A stretch of DNA of 64,000 bases from Nemertoderma westbladi (Eukaryota > Animalia > Xenacoelomorpha). The translations under genes were made by a program, and so were the position numbers. The notes below the pieces were generated by a model. It worked only from the letters and a program-made list of their open reading frames with translations. It was not told the origin of the DNA and searched no databases. Shown here one piece after another: positions 1-12,730 of the stretch. The stretch lies in the NCBI GenBank assembly GCA_032718475.1, contig JAUCBJ010006261.1, positions 6,094 to 70,093 on the forward strand, given 5' to 3'. How positions within the stretch are numbered: the stretch's first letter is position 1; each line of letters starts with the position of its first letter.

Positions 1-951
1 ATACACTACTGCACTACAGCACTAATACTGTAATATGTAATCAGGTAATAGGCCTACCAGAATACAGCAATACTGGTACTTTGCGCCTCTACCAACTGAC
101 AGGTAAAACAAGGATAGTACTGCTGTACTGATACTGCACCATATGCTGATTGGTTACAGTTCTTTGGTTGCCTGGCAACAAGCTTTCTGGGCAGTATTAG
201 ACTCTTTCAATTTATTTTTTTGCAGCATATAGGTAAAATTTAATGCTGATCAATTTTTTCACTGTTTTCCGGAAGGTTTATAGTGTTTTTATAGTGTTTT
301 CCCTATGTTTTATGGTGATTACTTAAGGGGTGCTATGCGAGGAGTACATTTAGGATTGTCAATTAAGAGAAGTACATGTGTTAAATTCCCTGCTGATCAA
401 TATTTTCACTGTTTTCCGTGTGTTTTACAGTACTTTTCCTATGTTTTCCTAGTGTTTTACTGTTTTACTAGTGTTTTCCTAATTTAGAATCATCCCAATA
501 CTTACTGGTACCTGTAGTTAATGTATGGTTTGGTGCAGTTTTCCTTGTGGTAGTTGGGTTGGGAGTACTACAATCGATTTGTTTTCAATCATTTCATTTT
601 TTAATAGGCCATAGTGCCTGAGTACTAACAGTGGCCCAAGTGGCCCTAAATGCTAGGTAGTATCTGAGGGAATAAGACCCCATTTCCTATTTTATTGTTT
701 TCATATTAATATCACAATCCCTCTAAAGTCGTGGTTGTCTAACATCATATAATTATATATTTACAGGGGCATTTTCTGACATCTGCTCAATTTTGTTTAA
801 AAATCTGATCATTTATCTGTACATTCCGGTAGGTGCTAATTTCGATAGGGTCCATTTCCTATTTTATTGTTTTCAAAATTAGTCATGATAGATAAAAATA
901 TTTAATTTGAGTGAAAGAAAGCGAATTTTTCAGTTACATTTATGTACTCAC

Positions 952-1065
952 CAACACAAGCACCTCCATTGGAAACATAACCTTCGTCACATTGACATTG
1001 AGCTGCCCCATCGATAATGATACAGCTTCCGTTTCCACCGCAGTCATTGTTATGGCATGGGTCAG
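952..1065 (-). CDS. Host exon encoding an EGF-like domain (phase 1-1, 114 bp)
   Basis: Minus strand ttttttag| ... |gtgagt splice sites. Translates to DPCHNNDCGGNGSCIIIDGAAQCQCDEGYVSNGGACV, with six-Cys EGF spacing. Not in the ORF track. Confidence 0.85.
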
Positions 1066-1238
1066 CTAAAAAATAATTGATAATTAAGTACTACCGGCCA
1101 AGTTTCGACCACGTTTCGACCACGTTTCAACCAAGTTACGAGACCAAGTTTATTTTGCACATTTTTTGACAATAGTGCATTACGTGCTACGAATGGGTGG
1201 GGGGGGGGGGGGGGGCATGATAATACGAGATAGGGTGT

Positions 1239-1743
1239 TGTGAGCGTATTCAATTCCGCCTCACCAACCCCCATAAAGTGGGAAAGAGGGCCTTTAAGCA
1301 ATATTGGGAAGCACGAGGTTGATTGCCAATCAACCTCGTACCACCCCCAATAAGCGGGGACGACAAACCCCAAAGGGCCTCACACAATAGAGGTTAGAGG
1401 TCAAGGAGAGAGAGTAACAGCAGCGGGGGGGAAACACTCCCACAAAGTTCAGGGCGAGAATTAGGTTACTAGCCAATGGGGGGACAGCAGGGAATCAGCA
1501 GAGTAATATGGCCACTGGTGCAATATATATATATATTACCGGTATCTGTGTTATTTGCTCACTTTAGCTAGTCAGTGCAGTTAGGGTGGAATGGGAACTT
1601 CTATCACCGTCCGCTACCGCCACCACATGCAATACTTATTACCGGTTTAGTTATTAGTCAGTAATCCTATACTCAATACTGTGCTCAGTTTACTTATTCA
1701 ATATATCTCATATGCATCAATCAAAGAACTTCAGAACTCTTAA
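1239..1743 (+). mobile_element. Truncated copy of the family-A LTR (product of the segmental duplication)
   Basis: Begins TGTGAGCGTATTC after the same GGTGT flank as 2779 and matches 2779-3280. Confidence 0.9.
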
Positions 1744-2504
1744 GGGAAATGTACTGGATTTAAAATATACAGTAGGAGGCCTATGCACTATGCACTATGC
1801 AGTCCTACAGCGGTGGAATATGAAGGGTTGAACACTGAGAATTCCATCAGCAATGCAAATGAGAGTGAAGCAGTAGTGGGTCAATAACATCCTCAGTTGT
1901 GGCTTGAAATAATAAATCAAATGAGTTAAAATAGAAAGATTTACAAAGAGTAAAAGAGGCAAGTGGTGAGAAATTAGAGAGATTTTTTCACTAGAGAGTC
2001 TCTTTTCATAGAGATAATTTTTTCACTGTTTTCCGGAAGGTTTATAGTGTTTTTATAGTGTTTTCCCTATGTTTTATGGTGATTACTTAAGGGGTGCTAT
2101 GCGAGGAGTACATTTAGGATTGTCAATTAAGAGAAGTACATGTGTTAAATTCCCTGCTGATCAATATTTTCACTGTTTTCCGTGAGTTTTACAGTACTTT
2201 TCCTATGTTTTCCTAGTGTTTTACTGTTTTACTAGTGCTTTCCTAATTTAGAATCATCCCAATACTTACTGGTACCTGAAGTCGTGGTTGTCTAACATCA
2301 TATAATTATATATTTACAGGGGCATTTTCTGACATCTGCTCAATTTTGTTTAAAAATCTGATCATTTATCTGTACATTCCGGTAGGTGCTAATTTCGATA
2401 GGGTCCATTTCCTATTTTATTGTTTTCAAAATTAGTCATGATAGATAAAAATATTTAATTTGAGTGAAAGAAAGCGAATTTTTCAGTTACATTTATGTAC
2501 TCAC

Positions 2505-2618
2505 CAACACAAGCACCTCCATTGGAAACATAACCTTCGTCACATTGACATTGAGCTGCCGAATCGATAATGATACAGCTTCCGTGTCCACCGCAGTCAT
2601 TGTTATGGCATGGGTCAG
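2505..2618 (-). CDS. Duplicated host EGF-like exon (phase 1-1, 114 bp)
   Basis: Same splice sites as 952-1065. Translates to DPCHNNDCGGHGSCIIIDSAAQCQCDEGYVSNGGACV. Confidence 0.8.
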
Positions 2619-2778
2619 CTAAAAAATAATTGATAATTAAGTACTACTGGCCAAGTTTCGACCAAGTTTCAACCAAGTTACGAGACCAAGTTTATTTTGC
2701 ACATTTTTTGACAATAATGCATTACGTGCTACGAATGGGGGGGGGGGGGGGGGGGCATGATAATACGAGATAGGGTGT

Positions 2779-3361
2779 TGTGAGCGTATTCAATTCCGCC
2801 TCACCAACCCCCATAAAGTGGGAAAGAGGGCCTTTAAGCAATATTGGGAAGCACGAGGTTGATTGCCAATCAACCTCGTACCACCCCCAATAAGCGGGGA
2901 CGACAAACCCCAAAGAGCCTCACAAAATAGAGGTTAGAGGTCAAGGAGAGAGAGTAACAGCAGCGGGGGGGAAACACTCCCACAAAGTTCAGGGCGAGAA
3001 TTAGGTTACTAGCCAATGGGGGGACAGCAGGGAATCAGCAGAGTAATATGGCCACTGGTGCAATATATATATATTACCGGTATCTGTGTTATTTGCTCAC
3101 TTTAGCTAGTCAGTGCAGTTAGGGTGGAATGGGAACTTCTATCACCGTCCGCTACCGCCACCACATGCAATACTTATTACCGGTTTAGTTATTAGTCAGT
3201 AATCCTATACTCAATACTGTGCTCAGTTTACTTATTCAATATATCTCATATGCATCAATCAAAGAACTTCAGAACTCTTAACAAACCTTTTCATATACAC
3301 GGCGGGGACGCGTAGATCGAAAACCCAAACGGATAAATCGGGATCCATAGATCCCGTCACA
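2779..3361 (+). repeat. 5' LTR of family A
   Basis: TG...CA ends, (TA)n TATA-like tract near 3063, U5 hairpin CGGGATC-N4-GATCCCG just before the terminal TCACA. Confidence 0.9.
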
Positions 3362-3421
3362 GTGATAGAAACCAACAGCCCGAACTGACTGCTAGCCACC
3401 GATCCACCGACAAGAGTAAAG

Positions 3422-4412
3422 ATGAGTCAAGAGAGAGAGACGACACCGCCGCGGACCCCGGACGACAACCTAACGATCCGCGAGGCCACGGCAAGACGGT
3501 ATCGACCCACGAGGCCGGATTCGTCGACGACGAACGATCCGGCAATCCAAGCAGAGGGGGGCCATCTACAACGAGAAGGGAGAGACGAGTCGAGAGAAGG
3601 GAGAGACGAGTCGACACACGGCGGCGGTCGAGGTGCCGATGTCGCCGGCCAGCCACAGGCCGAGGGCGACGGACGGCCCACCGGAACGGCGACGGTGGGG
3701 CCGCCGGTACGACGCCGGACACGGAGGGATAGAGGAGATGTCGGCGATGAGGATGTCAGGGTCAGCGACCGGCTCCGACAAGCCTACAACGCGACCCGGA
3801 AGCAACTAAAGGAAGCTAAGGAGGGAGAAAGGCTGGACCAGGTGAAGTTGGAGAAGCGGTTAGGTGAGTCGAACAGACATTTTGACTATTTAATGCGCTT
3901 TGGGCAGGGAGAACTAGCCAGTGAAAGAGCGAGAGGGGTCGCCACCGAACTGTTTTAAACTGTGGGAACGTAGGGGTATGGGGCCTGGTGTAGTGTACAT
4001 AGGGCCATACTTAGTTGATGCCAGGGGAGTTAAGTTAGTGGGTTTGGCGGGACCGCACGAGGGCGAATCCGAGGTTAACTCCGAGGATTCGGTCTCGTCG
4101 GTCAGCGAGAACCCCGGAAAGCGGGGGAAAGTTAGCAGGACGGGGGGGCGACGGGATTCCGTCGCGGCCGATAAGTCCGCTACATCCTCCGCGAAAGTAA
4201 GAAGGGTGTTGAAAATAAATCTGGCGTGTCAGTGTAAAGAGCGTGAGGCAAGAAGGGCGAGCGAGCGCAAGGAGCGTGAGGCGAGGTGGCTTGAGAGGGT
4301 TGCGAGAGAGACAGAGTTGGCCGAGCAAGGTTTGCGAGAGGATGGAGAGAGAGGAACGTTTGTTAATACCCCACTTTCAGGGACCAGGACGACAGACCCA
4401 AGACTGGTGTGA
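3422..4412 (+). pseudogene. Frameshifted ORF1 (gag-like N-terminal region) of LTR family A
   Basis: Overlapping ORFs 3422-3958 and 3921-4412 start right after the 5' LTR. A homologous decayed ORF sits at 54600-55860 (minus) in family B (shared VVY.G.YLVDARG.KLVG). No recognisable domain. Confidence 0.55.
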
Positions 4413-6010
4413 CTGTACGGGAGGGGGGGGGGGGGGGGGGTAATAACAATAGGTTAGGAAATGTTAATATTAATAGTACCGTAGTAGATAACCCTAATCC
4501 CTTTATTACAGGAAATATTTTACCCGGTAATTTAAATTTAAATTCAAATAATAATATTAATTCAAATATTCAGAATAATCCAAATAATTCGAATAATAAT
4601 TTAAATTTAGAAAATAATAATAATCCTGTTATGGCGACGGGCGGTCCCTCTCCGGGTGACCTATTCGATGGACCCTGAACTCTTTTTACCTTTTAACTCT
4701 TTTTTTTTTCTGAACCCGTTTAGTAATAAAGTTTAATAAACTCAGAGCTGACGATAAATTTGATTTATATAAATTAATTAATTTTAACCAAGTTAAATTA
4801 ATAATTTAAAATTATGATATGTAACATTACATATGTATCCTAATTTAAATAATCTAAATAATAATATTGATAGTGGTGCTATTAATATGAACGTGTCGGA
4901 CGTGCATAACCCGGCAAATGGGGGCCTGGTAGGCCACGTAGTTAGTAGGCAGGGAGTGGCAGGGTTGAGTCAACCCGTGGTGGGCCTGGTAGGCCACGCA
5001 TTAGTAGAGAGAGAGGCGGGGGTGAATAGACCCAGCCACAGTAGAGACAGTGCGTCGACCAGAGAGGGGTGTAGAAGTGAAGTAAGAGAGAGTGAAGTAA
5101 GATATGGCGAGTGGGGGGGGGGGGGGGGCTACGGGCTCCCCACCACGGAAGATTAGTGGCGAGAGAGGGGGGGTAGAGAATGTCCAACAAGAGGGACACA
5201 GAAGTGTAGTAAGAGATAGTGAAGTTAGAAGTGGCGGGTGGGGGGGGGGGGGGGCTACGGGCGCCTCACCACGAGAGATTAGTAGCGAGTGGGGTCGAAC
5301 TTCGGGAGATTGCCGTCGCCCCGGAGAAACGCACCGCATGCCAGGAGAGCGGTACAGGATGTACCGATACGAAGACGAGAGCAGGATAGGGGATCGAAGA
5401 GAAACTTCCCGACGGGATGTAGCTGCCAATCGAGAGTACGGTAGTCGCGGGGAGATTCGAGATTCGAGAGAATTAAACTTCGGTTCGGAAGGGCACATGC
5501 AGACTGCAGGACATACTGTAGGCCTTACTGCACATACTATTATAGGCCATGCTGGGAGAGATAGAATAGGCGATAGGGTAGCGCGGACGATGGGATTAAA
5601 CCCGGAAGTCGCGGAGTACATACCGGTAGGTAGGCAAGAAGTGGGTAGGCCTATATCGGTACAGCAGCATGACTATAATACACAGGGACATAACATAAAC
5701 CCGGTTGAGGGGGATATTGCAGATAGATGGATGGGCCCCAATATATTAACATCAGCCCCAGTACCAAACATAACACCGGTGGGGGGGGGGGGGGGGGGGC
5801 AGGGTGACATTCCCCCATTACAAAATATCCGCAGTATAGACAACCAAGAACAAACAAATAGGGTGAGAACGTAGGGAGGACAAGTAGGGTGAGCTAGAAG
5901 GGTAAGTAGAGAATAAGTAGGGCACGGGCGTGATGACGTGTTTGATGTAAGAGCAGGGTATGTTAATTAGAGTTAGTAGGAGTTAGCAGAGTAGAGGTAG
6001 TATAGTAGAG

Positions 6011-6561
6011 TGGTTGTGGGCACCGCAAGCGCCACGTAGATGGAGGTAGAGTTAGTAAGAGGGTACGTAGTACCGGTTGTGGTTGTGGGCACCGCAAACG
6101 CCACGTAGATGGAGGTAGAGTTAGTAAGAGGGTACGTAGTACCGGTTGTGGTTGTGGGCACCGCAAGCGCCACGTAGATGGAGGTAGAGTTAGTAAGAGG
6201 GTACGTAGTACTGGTTGTGGTTGTGGGCACCGCAAGCGCCACATAGATGGAGGTAGAGTTAGTAAGAGGGTACGTAGTACCGGTTGTGGTTGTGGGCACC
6301 GCAAGCGCCACGTAGATGGAGGTAGAGTTAGTAAGAGGGTACGTAGTACCGGTTTTGGTTGTGGGCACTGCAAGCGCCACGTAGATGGAGGTAGAGTTAG
6401 TAAGAGGGTATGTAGTACCGGTTGTGGTTGTGGGCACCGCAAGCACCACGTAGATGGAGGTAGAGTTAGTAAGAGGGTACATAGTACCGGTTGTGGTTGT
6501 GGGCACTGCAAGCTCCACGTAGATGGAGGTAGAGTTAGTAAGAGGGTACGTAGTACCGGTT
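6011..6561. repeat. 69-bp minisatellite, about 8 copies, inside LTR element A
   Basis: Unit tggttgtgggcaccgcaagcgccacgtagatggaggtagagttagtaagagggtacgtagtaccggttg repeated head-to-tail. Confidence 0.95.
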
Positions 6562-6669
6562 AGTAAGAGTTAGTAGTAGTCCACATAATTAACATACCCA
6601 CTTTGCCGGCACTCAGAGCATCACGTGCAGGTAGGGGAGTTAGTGAGAGTAGTAAGAGGGTACGTAGTA

Positions 6670-6962
6670 CCATTAGTTAGAGGTAGAGAGTCAGTAGAGT
6701 TAGTTAGAGGTAGAGAGTCAGTAGAGTTAGTTAGAGGTAGAGAGTCAGTAGAGTTAGTAGAGGTAGAGAGTCAGTAGAGTAAGTAGAGGTAGAAAGTTAG
6801 AGAGTTGGAGAGTTAGTAGAGGTAGAGAGTTAGTAGAAGTTAGAGAGTCAGTAGAGTTAGAGAGCTAGGGAGTTAGTAGAGCTAGTCAGTAGAGTTAGAG
6901 AGCTAGGGAGTTAGTAGAGCTAGTGGAGTAGAGTTAGTAGAGCTAGTTAGCAGAGTTAGTAG
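6670..6962. repeat. Degenerate purine-rich short-unit repeat (agagttagtag-like)
   Basis: Imperfect repeats of gtagagttag / agagtcagtag. Confidence 0.8.
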
Positions 6963-7608
6963 CACCTCCAAACTACAGAAGGGCCTTCGGAGGTCTGGTA
7001 GACCACCCGGGGCTGGAGGGCGAGTCGGTGTAATACAACAGCCGGCATCTAGTAGACAGGGAGGTGGATACACATATCAGAGGTGGGAGAAGCCAGAAGC
7101 GGATAGACTTGAGGGGAAGCGACTGGAAGAAGTCGCCAGGCGAGGAAGGCGGAGAGAGAGTAGTGAGTAGTAGGAATGAAACGCGTTATGTAGACGAGCT
7201 TATAATATAATATATAATAACAATAATTATAATCTTACAATAATTATATAATATTCGTATATATATTATACAATGTACCGTAGTCAAGCGCAACCTTTTT
7301 CCAATTAGCTACTGGGACTGGGGACTGACTGACTAGGGCGACAGGACGGGACTTAGACGGCTCCCACTAACATGATGTACACATGTGTGGGACCCAATAA
7401 GTGTGTGGTCATTGAACAACAGGGCGGAGCTCAGGATTTATTGTGAAAGCTCGTATCCTGCGGGATAAGAATCGTGCAGATGGGCACTACCGGGATACGA
7501 GTAGGAGGGGCACTTGGTGGGACCACAGGCGTGGAGAGTGAGGAGTATGAGAGGAGTATGGGGAGGATGGATGCTATCTTCTCACCGGGAAGATAGCATG
7601 GGGGGGAG

Positions 7609-8208
7609 TGTGAGCGTATTCAATTCCGCTTCACCAAACCCCATAAAGTGGGAAAGAGGGCCTTTAAGCAATATTGGGAAGCACGAGGTTGATTGCCAAT
7701 CAACCTCGTACCACCCCCAATAAGCGGGGACGACAAACCCCAAAGGGCCTCACACAATAGAGGTTAGAGGTCAAGGAGAGAGAGTAACAGCAGTGGGGGG
7801 GGGGGGGGGGGGAAACACTCCCACAAAGTTCAGGGCGAGAATTAGGTTACTAGCCAATGGGGGGACAGCAGGGCATCAGCAGAGTAATACGGCCACTGGT
7901 GCAATATATATATATTACCGGTATCTGTGTTATTTGCTCACTTTAGCTAGTCAGTGCAGTTAGGGTGGAACGGGAACTTCTATCACCATCCGATACCGCC
8001 ACCACATGCAATACTTATTACCGGTTTAGTTATTAGTCAGTAATCCTATACTCAATACTGTGCTCAGTTTACTTATTCAATATCATATGATATCATATGC
8101 ATCAATCAAAGAACTTCAGAACTCTTAACGAACCTTTTCATATACACGGCGGGGACGCGTAGATCGAAAATCCAAACGGATAAATCGGGATCCGTAGATC
8201 CCGTCACA
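7609..8208 (+). repeat. 3' LTR of family A
   Basis: Matches 2779-3361. Preceded by the hairpin atgctatctt...aagatagcat and the PPT; followed by TSD GGTGT. Confidence 0.9.
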
Positions 8209-8499
8209 GGTGTTAAAAGATTGGATGTTACGATATGGAATAAAACGAAATATTACACATTCGTGGGGCCTTCGCGCAGCACGAGGCCCAGTTATGAGAT
8301 ACAAATTAAAACTGAGCGACTGTATCACAAAATCAGTATTTGAGAAATTTACCCACACCACCAATAAATTAAAGAAAGGGGTACAGTACGTGTTCATCCC
8401 TTTTAATCTGCCCCCCCCCTTCCCACCCACCAACACATAACCGCGACATCTACCACCCACGGAAGGGTAGCACGAACTTATTTCCAATCGCACGTTCAA

Positions 8500-8940
8500 T
8501 ATGCAAAGCCAGGTGGTTTATAGGAATATAATAAACGCAGTACTCGTTTTCATTATAAGCCTCGTTGCGTTCGTCCTGTTTTGAATTTAAATATATTTCT
8601 TAAACGCAGGCTAGAATGATCTTTATAATAATAATAACTAGGGATGCGATCAATGTGTGAAGCAGGGTGGTTTATATAATAAAAATATAGTCAATGCAGT
8701 ACTCCTCTTCTTTATAAGCCTCGTTGTGCTCGTCCTGTTTTGTATTTAAATATATTTCCTAAACGCAGACTGACGATCTTTATAACTACCGATGCGTTAT
8801 CAATAGGCGCAGCCAGGTATGGTTTATAGGAATATAGTCTACGCAGTACTCGTCTTCATTATATGCCTCGTTGCGCTCGTTGCTCGCCCTGTGTTGTCAT
8901 AAAATATTTTTCCTAAACGCAGACTGACGACCTTTATACA
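8500..8940. repeat. Diverged tandem repeat, about 150-160 bp x3
   Basis: gcagtactc...ataagcctcgttgcg.tcgtcctgtt...aaacgcag recurs at about 8537, 8696 and 8843. Confidence 0.75.
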
Positions 8941-9083
8941 GTTATAACTATGCGAAGTTTCGAAACTGTGCGAGTAACTGCTGATACATCTATGTGGAGA
9001 TGTGTGATACAACGCCAACGCATTGTATGCCGATGTAGTAATATGGGGATTTAAATAATATTTAAATCAATGTACACTCTTAA

Positions 9084-10581
9084 CCCTATTAAACCCGGGG
9101 GGGGGGGGGGTCAATATGACCCCCCCCCCGTGGTTTTTTTATTATAATTCTGAAACAAACGCAGTTGGGAATCTGAAATTTTATGACTTTTCCTAAAAAT
9201 CTATTGTCTTCCTGGTAGTGAAAACCGTTTTCAAAAATATTGGGTACTTTTCGAGTTATAGCACCATTTTTTAACCTTACTTTTGGCACTTTTTTTGAGA
9301 CGTTTTTTGAAAATTACATTTCATTAAATATGAATTGTAACATCTCTATTTTTTATTTACACCGGTTTTTTGGTGTTAGAAATTTGATGGAATTCATATA
9401 AATTGATTTAGAAATTTCAAACTTGTTTTTTTCGGTGGGTGCCAAATTTTGGTGAAAGCACCAATTTTTGAAATAAGTCAATTTTGTAAATTGATCGTTT
9501 GAAACTTGTTTTTTTACGCAATTGGGGTTTTTTGAGTTTCTGGATTCGATGAAATATATACGAGTTGCACCAAGCGTATCAAACTTGTATTTTTCGGTGC
9601 TGTGTGCAAATTTTGGTGCTAGCACGAAATTTTGAAAATCCATTCAATAGATAAAATTGCTTGTGACAATTTATTTCTTGCGTTTTAGAAGTTTATGGCT
9701 GTTCTGAATTCAATGGAAAATATAATTATCGAACTAGACATCTCAAACTTGTATTTTTCGGATGTGGGTGCAAAATGTGGTGCTAGCACAAAATTTTGAA
9801 AACCATCAAATATATAAATTGATTGTGTCACCTTGTTTCTTGCGTTATACGGGTTTGTGATGGTTCTAAATTCAATGGAATCAGTAAAAATTTCATAAGA
9901 GTTCTCAAACTTGTATTTTTCGCCGGTGGGTGAAAATTGTTGTGCCAGCACCAAATTTTGGAAAATATGCAAATTGATAAGTAGATAGTATCACCTTGTT
10001 TCTTGCGTTATACGTGTTTATGAGGGTCCTGAATCCGATGAAATCAATAAAAACAGCACTGGACATCGCAAACTTGTACTTTTTGGTGATGGGTATGAAA
10101 TTTGGTGCTAGCACCAAAATTTGACAAATTACGCCGAAAAATACAAGTAGCAATGATCTGGCATATTAGAAATGTATTCCATTAGAATCAGCGCCCTCGA
10201 AAACCTGAAAATGTGAATTTATAGCATCGTATAAGTTAATTAAAAATTTTGTGTTCTAACTGAAAAGTGCTGGTTACTTGTTTTTTTCATTTTTTTTCCT
10301 ACGCAGAGAGGACTAAACAGCCATTTATAGTAATCATATCATTTTTTAATATTTTCCAATGTATTTTGCACCCAAGAAAACCTGTATTGAAAAATAATTA
10401 ACCGAAAATGTAACTTTCAAATTTGGTAAAAATTGTGCACTACTTGTAATTTTGGTGCTGCAATATAACCACACCAGTACATTTTTTCGAAAATTTTTTT
10501 CTGCGGTCGAATCCAGACAAGTGATACCTACGTACAAACAAAAAATCAGACGTTTTCGTAAATATTTGTAGATTTTAGAGG
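9084..10581. mobile_element. piggyBac-type non-autonomous element, copy 1 (left end intact, right end missing)
   Basis: TTAA (9080-9083) followed by CCCTATTA...CCGGG. Internal repeats of about 180 bp (aaacttgtatttttcgg...ggtgctagcac). Colinear with 12731-14180. Confidence 0.75.
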
Positions 10582-11149
10582 TGCCGGTGCCGTTGGTCGT
10601 ACCAATATATAGTCTTTAATTAACATATTTAACCGTTAACAAGAGTAGAAACCGCAAACAAAGAAATTCATTTTCTTCCGTCGCTGACAAGAGCGTAGAA
10701 ATGTGGTATGCCTATAGTGCTGCTCAGTACCGGTAGCGTACCGGTAGTTCTGTAGTTGGCAGTTGCTACCAGTCCGGTTCTACAGTCTGACAGTAGTAGG
10801 GCGGTACGGCGCCAACGGACCCTCTAATCGAATTCAGGACCGCAGTCCAGCACTCCGGAGTCCACACTGCCAGACTGCAGTGCATAGCACAGTAGCATGG
10901 CTAATTAGGGCCTACAGAATTAGGCTTGTTCTGTCTGCCTGTACCAGTATACGTGATCTATAATCACTGCACCGGTATCGCGGTACCAGTCAGCCAGTAC
11001 CGTAAAACACCGAATACAGTATGGTATTGCAGTATTGCTGTATTGTCTCATTGCAGGATTCCTGATTCAGGGATTGACATTGAGTATAGTACCGGTACAG
11101 GCAGACAGGCCACAATGGTATTACTGCAGTACTGTAATTTCGTAATTTG

Positions 11150-11580
11150 CTAGAAACCCAGCTGATTTAGTCTCCTAGCAACCTGCTGATGTCAAGCGTT
11201 ATAATTTTGGATAAATAAATGTATTATAACTGTAAGACAGTTTCACTGGTGCTGCACGAAGGCCCCAAGCAAATTCAACTTGGAAAATTTCTAAACTTTT
11301 GACAGACTATTTGTGTACCAAGTTTGGTTACATTTCATCGAGGATTGATCGAGTTATTAACGTTCAAAATTGAACAGCGCAAAAAAAGCGACAGAACGAC
11401 AGAACGACAGGTTGATTAATGGTACCCTTACGCTAAGGCTCACTCACTTCGTGGCTCGCCCCACAGGTTGATTAATGGTACCACTACGCTAAGGCTCACT
11501 CACTTCGTGGCTCGCCCCACAGGTTGATTAATGGTACCACTACGCTAAGGCTCACTCACTTCGTGGCTCGCCCCACAATA
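11150..11580. mobile_element. Possible Helentron/DINE-1-like non-autonomous element with a 56-bp x3 tandem repeat (11408-11577)
   Basis: gtaccaagtttggt core-like motif, gacagaac microsatellite and three 56-bp repeats. The repeat is certain; the family call is tentative. Confidence 0.4.
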
Positions 11581-12110
11581 ATCATTTTCTTCTTTTTCGT
11601 GAAGCAATGATTCAAATTTCCAATGCCCTGCTGCTGTACATTCAATATAGAAGAAATGTAGAATTCTCAGCTCTTAACAAGTACATTTGTTGGGTGAATT
11701 CTTAGCCCGCGAGTATTCTTAGCTCGCGAGTTAGTAAAGGAGCAGGTTAGCAAAGGAGCAGGTATCAGAGGAGTATTGGGGGAACCAAAACAATAAACGT
11801 TATTGTTTCGCGCGCTAAGAATACCCACGGGCTAAGAATACTCGCATGCTAAGAATTGGGGAGATAAGAGATAAGAGATAAGAATTAGATTTTAAATCTG
11901 TTTAACATTATTGTAATGTTAGGAGAGACTTTTGGCGTTTAAATGTAAAAAATTAAATAAAGTATATGTTTTAAGTTTCACTCTCAACATCATCTAATTG
12001 AATATCAGGAATATCAATAATTTTTTGGGTTTCCAGTCTTTTGGACAATTATTATATTATTATAAACTAAATTAGAATGAAGGAGTTGAAATAGTTATTT
12101 AAATACTTAC

Positions 12111-12233
12111 CAGTGCAAGATACACCATTTCCCAAATAGCCGTAATTGCAAGCACAGCTGAATCCACCAACAGTATTTGTGCAGCTAGCATCAATGTGGC
12201 AATTATCAGTATCGGTATCACATTCATCAATAT
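12111..12233 (-). CDS. Host exon encoding a calcium-binding EGF domain (phase 1-1, 123 bp)
   Basis: ttttatgctttag| DIDECDTDTDNCHIDASCTNTVGGFSCACNYGYLGNGVSCT |gtaagt. Matches the cbEGF consensus D-I-D-E-C...C-x-N-x4-F-x-C-x-C. Confidence 0.92.
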
Positions 12234-12730
12234 CTAAAGCATAAAATAGTACCAATAATTTGTGAGTGAATAATACCAAACCAATAAAGAGCGTAGTTAA
12301 GGGAGTACCAACAGTGGATGTAATACTGGCTAGCCACTGAGTTACTGTGTGGTATGACAAGTGTGTCAGAGTAATGATGAACAAACAAACAGTGAGAAAG
12401 CAATATGAGAGTACAAAACACATTAATTACTGCATATTAGTTGAAGCCAAATGGGTGCAATATTTATAGATTGTGGTTATTGTAAAATAGGAAAGTATAG
12501 TAGGTATACGGTAATCATTGTTGTACAAACAAAGGGGACAATATTGCTTGGGAGTTGGCAAGACATTCACAGTCAGGATGAGTATCTATTAATGGTACTA
12601 TTTGGTGTATTTAACATGTCGATATTGGATGCGGAGTTTCATTCTTGAGTGTGATTCTGTATCAAGTATCACCCCTCTTTCATTACATTGCTCTGCTATT
12701 TAAGCTATGACATTTGTTTATTGGTGTATA

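Larger units (their letters stand above)
255..3280. repeat. Local tandem segmental duplication (about 255-1743 repeated at about 2016-3280) containing an EGF exon and the start of an LTR
   Basis: Near-identical blocks. The second copy lacks about 200 bp (about 515-725 of copy 1). The first copy breaks off inside the LTR at ...ctcttaa (1743). Confidence 0.9.
2779..8208 (+). mobile_element. Non-autonomous LTR retrotransposon, family A (Gypsy-like, no pol)
   Basis: LTRs at 2779-3361 and 7609-8208, both TG...CA. 5-bp TSD GGTGT (2774-2778 and 8209-8213). Polypurine tract GGGGGGAG abuts the 3' LTR. No RT or integrase motifs inside. Confidence 0.92.

Noticed and set aside
1062-1373. ORFs across LTRs and poly-G tracts (also 2722-2913, 62449-62697, 63256-63481)
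   Set aside because: Incidental frames in repeats. The poly-Pro/Gly stretches come from homopolymer runs.
6011-6561. CRISPR-like array, or mucin-like ORFs (5963-6518)
   Set aside because: Units are head-to-tail with no unique spacers and no cas genes. The ORFs arise only because the 69-bp unit lacks stops in two frames.
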